Assembly: GCA_003250375.1 (NCBI GenBank)
Contig: QKGR01000026.1
Span: 1 to 57,974, forward strand
Direction: 5' to 3'
From: Candidatus Shapirobacteria bacterium
GTDB lineage: Bacteria > Patescibacteriota > Microgenomatia > UBA12405
Length of the DNA stretch: 57,974 bases
This document shows, piece by piece, positions 54,154 through 57,974 of this stretch (positions are counted from its first letter, which is position 1; the number at the start of each line of letters is the position of its first letter). The notes beneath the pieces are model-generated. The model was given only the letters and a program-made list of their open reading frames with translations. It did no database searches and was not told where the DNA came from. A program made the position numbers and the translations under genes.

Positions 54154-55675
54154 GTTGATTAAAATATTTTTAGTATTGGCCTTGTTGGGTTGTTGGATGC
54201 CGGTGCGGGTGGAGGCAGCAGAACCAAAAGGAGTGGTTGATGGAATTTCAAATGGAGTAATTAGTGGTTGGGCTTATGATCCAGATGAGACTGCTAAGTC
54301 GATTAATGTTCATTTTTATGTGGAAAATGAGAATGGAGGGAAGACTTTGATGGGGGGAAAAGCGACTGATGTATTGAGAAATGATGTTAATACGATATTT
54401 TCGATTAGTGGAAACCATGGGTTTGGATATGGCTTAGCGGAGGAATATCTGACTGGTTATAGAAAGTTTTTTGTGTATGGAATAGATAGTGCTGGTGGTG
54501 TGAATCCACAAATTAGTGGTTCGCCTAAGGATGGATTTAATGTTGGCGGAGGGGCGGACTATGAGATTGTGGTGTTGCCGGATACTCAGATGTATACGTA
54601 CTACGATAAGTGGGTTGATAGGTTGAAGTCACAAATAGATTGGATAATTAATAACAAGGATAAAGAAAAAATTAAGATGGTGATACAGGTGGGGGACTTG
54701 ACTAATATGAGTGAGGATCGTGAATGGTTGATAATTCAAGAACAGATGATGCGATTGGAGAGAGCAGGTATACCGTGGTTGGTTGCATATGGAAACCATG
54801 ATACAGATGAGACAAACAGACGGTTTACTGAACGGCTGACAACAAAATATAATAAATACTTCCCGCTGAGCAGATATACAAGTAAAGGTTATTTTTATGA
54901 TGAGTACGAAGAAGGTAAATCGGACAATGTGGCTTTAAAGATGGATATTGGAGATAAAAGTTGGGTATTTGTCTCTCTGGAGCATACGCCTAGAGATGGA
55001 GTATTGGCATGGGCGAGAAAGATAATGGATGACAATCCTGAGAGTGTTGGGGTAGTAATAGTTCATTCATATTTGGTTTATACAAATGAGTGGTCAGGAG
55101 AAAAGTCGTCTAGCGGTGATGCTAATAGTGGTAGAGATATATGGGATGAATTAGTGTACCCGAGTAAAAACATACGGATGGTGTTGAGTGGACACGATAA
55201 TACAAATATAGGTGGTTGGGGAACTTATGGTAGGAGAGTTGATAAGAATAGCGGTGGCTTGGAAGTGTACCAGATGATGGGTAATTATCAGGGAAACAAA
55301 GATACGTATTTGGCTTTGAATGGTGGTGATGGGTATTTGAGAAGGATTAGTGTTTTTGAGAATAAGAAAAAAATTGGAGTGGCAACTTACTCGCCATATT
55401 TAAATAAATATTTTGTGAATGATGGTAATCAATTCAGATTTACCAATGTTGATTTGGAAGGAAAGAGTATTGAGGTGTCTCCAGTGGCAACAGCAACGCC
55501 AAGCATGGCAAAAGTAGCAGGAGATGCAACGGGGGATGGGAAAGTAGAACTAGATGATTTTGTAATATGGAGAAGTGAGTACTTGGGAAATGTGACAACT
55601 AAGAAAGCTGATTTTAATGGAGATGGAAAAGTAGAGCTGGATGATTTTGTAGTGTGGAGGGGGAGGTATATTTAG
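54140..55675 (+). CDS. secreted modular protein: shared N-module, calcineurin-like metallophosphoesterase domain, dockerin-like repeats
   Basis: VVLPDTQMY, QVGDLTN, YGNHD, VIVHSY and LSGHDN are phosphoesterase motifs. C-terminal GDATGDGKVELDDFVIWRSEY and ADFNGDGKVELDDFVVWRGRY. ATG 54140 is preferred over the track 54089; TTG 54155 is also possible. Confidence 0.65.
   Translation: MWGIRLIKIFLVLALLGCWMPVRVEAAEPKGVVDGISNGVISGWAYDPDETAKSINVHFYVENENGGKTLMGGKATDVLRNDVNTIFSISGNHGFGYGLAEEYLTGYRKFFVYGIDSAGGVNPQISGSPKDGFNVGGGADYEIVVLPDTQMYTYYDKWVDRLKSQIDWIINNKDKEKIKMVIQVGDLTNMSEDREWLIIQEQMMRLERAGIPWLVAYGNHDTDETNRRFTERLTTKYNKYFPLSRYTSKGYFYDEYEEGKSDNVALKMDIGDKSWVFVSLEHTPRDGVLAWARKIMDDNPESVGVVIVHSYLVYTNEWSGEKSSSGDANSGRDIWDELVYPSKNIRMVLSGHDNTNIGGWGTYGRRVDKNSGGLEVYQMMGNYQGNKDTYLALNGGDGYLRRISVFENKKKIGVATYSPYLNKYFVNDGNQFRFTNVDLEGKSIEVSPVATATPSMAKVAGDATGDGKVELDDFVIWRSEYLGNVTTKKADFNGDGKVELDDFVVWRGRYI
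55487..55675. repeat. 189-nt dockerin-encoding segment nearly identical to 57512-57700
   Basis: Aligned by eye: 15 substitutions over 189 nt, mostly at third codon positions. Confidence 0.85.
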
Positions 55676-55708
55676 GAAATTTAGAAGAGAATTGTTTATA
55701 CTGAGAGT

Positions 55709-57700
55709 GTGAAATGCTACAAATGGAGTTTATGGTTGGGATTGATACTGATATCGTGTTGGCCAAGAGGGGTAGAGGCGGCGTCGGCAGAACATTTGAA
55801 AAATGTGCAGGAAATGACTTTGGGGAAGATTGCCAGAATTTCGGATTTGTATCCAAGTAATGATACTAATTCGACCTATTTTAAGACGATAATTGATTTT
55901 AGTAATAAGGGCTATACGATTTTTAATGTGAGATTGCCGGGGAAGTTGGATGATACGGCAGGAAGTGTGAAGATGGCGGTGGAGATGATGAAAAAGATTG
56001 ATACGACAACAGGGAAGAAAAATAAATATTTGGTGAATGTGGATATTTATACTGCGAATTCGAGTAGTTTATTGAAGGACAGATTGAATAATGGGAAAGA
56101 GATAGTTCAGTCGTCAATAATATGTCCGAATTTTGCTTTTGTAGATGTGACTGATACAAATCAAAGGAAGTATGTAATAGATTATTCTTCGGAATATACA
56201 AGACTAATGAATGCATCGGAAATTGGAAGCCAGGTGGTGGGGTATTTACCATACTATGGAATGTATGGAGAGACGGGAATCTATGTGGGAGATGCGGGGT
56301 GTAGTGGTAGAAATGGTGAATTTGATAGCTTTAAACATGGTTATTTGGATGTGGTAGCAGGGTATTCGGTGAATAGTTTGACTGAATTTAAGAGCTTTTA
56401 TGCGACGAAAAAGACTGAAGGAGTAATTCCGGCCAATAGTGCAGTGGATGCATTGGTGGACAAAATAGATGTGAATGTGAGTTCGACTTGGCCAAAGCCG
56501 AGTGAATATGAGGCTAATAGAATTATGTATGCCTATTATTTGATGTATAGAAAAGGTGAGTCGAGAAGTTTTAATGGAGAAATTGCAAAAGCAATTGCTG
56601 GGTCGGGAGAAAGTAAGGCAATAGCTTCATTTTGTTATTTGCCGGTGAGGTATGCTCAGGCAGCTAATGGCTGGGCTGATTTTCCCGGGGCAGATTTTTG
56701 TATGGCACAAATTGGAACAGGAACTTATGGAACTAGAAAGATACTGTTGGAGACTGATTGTGTTGGTGGGAGCGATTATTCTGGGGGTAATTCTTGTTCG
56801 AGGTCGGGTAGTAATTGGTTTAGAGTGGAGACAGAGAGGACTATAAAAATGGGAGGGAATACTGCAACATTTAACAGAGCAGAGTATTGGCCAGATGAGG
56901 TGAACGCGGTGACTGAGGGGCTAAATAACAGGAGTAGTCTGTTGAATAATCAATATAAATATAGTAGACAAATTGCAATTTTAATTCCAAGTTATTCGAG
57001 AGCATTGATTAAACAGTCCAGTGGAGACCCTGCTTTTAGATTGGCCTTATTGGAACATAACTTGACAGTGGTGAGTAAATTGAATGAATTGGGTGTGTCG
57101 TATGATTTTATTTCAGAAGACGAGCTGTTTGATTTGGATGGTTTGAAGAATTATAAAGTTATCGTGATTCATGATCAGAATTTATTTTCAAAGTTGTTCC
57201 CAAGCCAATGGCAGAAGTTTTTGGCTAGGTACGCGGGGGTGGCTTTTGGTGATAATAACGGAAGTTTAGATTATGCTGGGTTGGTAACAAGAGTGAGGAA
57301 TTCGGTGATGAATGTGGCTGATAGGTGTGCGAATATTTGTACTAACGCGACTTATGCTTATTTGGAAAATACGAGTTGTAGAAAGACTTGTCCGGCGGCT
57401 ACAGCATTGGCAACAGCGACGCCAACAATTAAAGCAACAGCGACGCCAACTATTATGCCGAGTCCAACCGTAACAATTAAGCCAAGCGCAACGGCGACGA
57501 TTAAGCCAAATGCAACAGCAACGCCAAGCATGGCAAAGGTAGTAGGAGATGCTAATGGGGATGGGAAAGTAGAACTAGATGATTTTGTGATTTGGAGAAG
57601 TGAGTATTTGGGAAATGTGACAACAAAGAAAGCTGATTTTAATGGAGATGGGAAAGTAGAGTTGGATGATTTTGTAGTGTGGAGAGGGAGGTATATTTAG
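55709..57700 (+). CDS. secreted protein, unknown large domain, ATATP-type linkers, C-terminal paired dockerin-like repeats
   Basis: Signal peptide MKCYKWSLWLGLILISCWPRGVEA. ATATPTIKATATPTIMPSPTVTIKPSATATIKPNATATPS linker. The dockerin pair is identical in protein sequence to that of the preceding gene, apart from a few residues. TATACT lies 6 nt before the GTG. Confidence 0.65.
   Translation: MKCYKWSLWLGLILISCWPRGVEAASAEHLKNVQEMTLGKIARISDLYPSNDTNSTYFKTIIDFSNKGYTIFNVRLPGKLDDTAGSVKMAVEMMKKIDTTTGKKNKYLVNVDIYTANSSSLLKDRLNNGKEIVQSSIICPNFAFVDVTDTNQRKYVIDYSSEYTRLMNASEIGSQVVGYLPYYGMYGETGIYVGDAGCSGRNGEFDSFKHGYLDVVAGYSVNSLTEFKSFYATKKTEGVIPANSAVDALVDKIDVNVSSTWPKPSEYEANRIMYAYYLMYRKGESRSFNGEIAKAIAGSGESKAIASFCYLPVRYAQAANGWADFPGADFCMAQIGTGTYGTRKILLETDCVGGSDYSGGNSCSRSGSNWFRVETERTIKMGGNTATFNRAEYWPDEVNAVTEGLNNRSSLLNNQYKYSRQIAILIPSYSRALIKQSSGDPAFRLALLEHNLTVVSKLNELGVSYDFISEDELFDLDGLKNYKVIVIHDQNLFSKLFPSQWQKFLARYAGVAFGDNNGSLDYAGLVTRVRNSVMNVADRCANICTNATYAYLENTSCRKTCPAATALATATPTIKATATPTIMPSPTVTIKPSATATIKPNATATPSMAKVVGDANGDGKVELDDFVIWRSEYLGNVTTKKADFNGDGKVELDDFVVWRGRYI
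57512..57700. repeat. second copy of the 189-nt dockerin-encoding segment
   Basis: See 55487-55675. Confidence 0.85.
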
Positions 57701-57713
57701 AAGTTGGCTTTGT

Positions 57714-57804
57714 TTCGCCTCATGACGAAATTTTGCCGTGCTCACGCCCTTCGGGGATAAACCCCTCGGATGATTGCGCGCGGAAAATTTGTCATTTCGG
57801 CGAA
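57714..57804. repeat. family C' palindromic element (intergenic copy)
   Basis: TTCGCCTCATGACGAAATTTTGCCGTGCTCACGCCCTTCGGGGATAAACCCCTCGGATGATTGCGCGCGGAAAATTTGTCATTTCGGCGAA. Confidence 0.9.
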
Positions 57805-57974
57805 TGTTTAGTCGGTTGCCTGAAGTTGGTTTGGAGTTGACAAGGGGAGGGGGAGGAGGTAGAATAGTTAAGTTTTGAAATAATTTCCCCTGTTTTATTG
57901 GAAAAATCCCTTTTTAATGCAAACGATTGAATGAAACCCCCTTATATTTTGTTTTTTTATTAATTTTTATATTT

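Overview
This 57,974-bp window looks like a chromosomal segment of a small, moderately AT-rich bacterium of the CPR/Patescibacteria type. That placement is an inference from content: mini-pilin T4SS-like genes, a DUF4012-type envelope protein, dockerin-tagged secreted proteins, little Shine-Dalgarno use and a fragmented rRNA locus. The standard genetic code applies, since TGA is used as a stop. The backbone includes the replication-origin neighbourhood (dnaN<-dnaA | rpmH-rnpA-yidD-yidC-jag) with perfect DnaA boxes. It also includes envelope glycan genes (O-antigen-ligase-like, Wzx-like flippase, a DUF4012 fusion), ftsH, rpsA, radA, tRNA-Ile, and tRNA-Ala-23S-5S with no 16S. The accessory content is varied. 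There is a giant coiled-coil/M23 hydrolase, a PNP-fold plus four-helix-bundle (23S-IVP/Avd family) operon, and a three-gene orphan operon. There are six tandem VirB2/TrbC-like mini-pilin paralogues next to a VirB6/TrbL-like polytopic protein. There is a 7TM plus three ATP-grasp (RimK-like) module, in which one ligase is fused to a RimB-like retropepsin domain. Five secreted proteins carry paired dockerin-like repeats. Two sequence-level patterns run across the whole window. First, several families of short palindromic/hairpin repeats and 7-8-nt TCAG-type microrepeats lie between genes and also in frame inside genes (radA, the O-antigen ligase, one ATP-grasp ligase, DUF4012, GH18). Second, a regular (TGn)TAnnnT -10 box ends 5-9 nt upstream of most start codons, which implies leaderless mRNAs. 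All domain calls come from motif recognition by eye. No searches were run, and boundaries of RNA genes and repeats are approximate (+/- a few nt).
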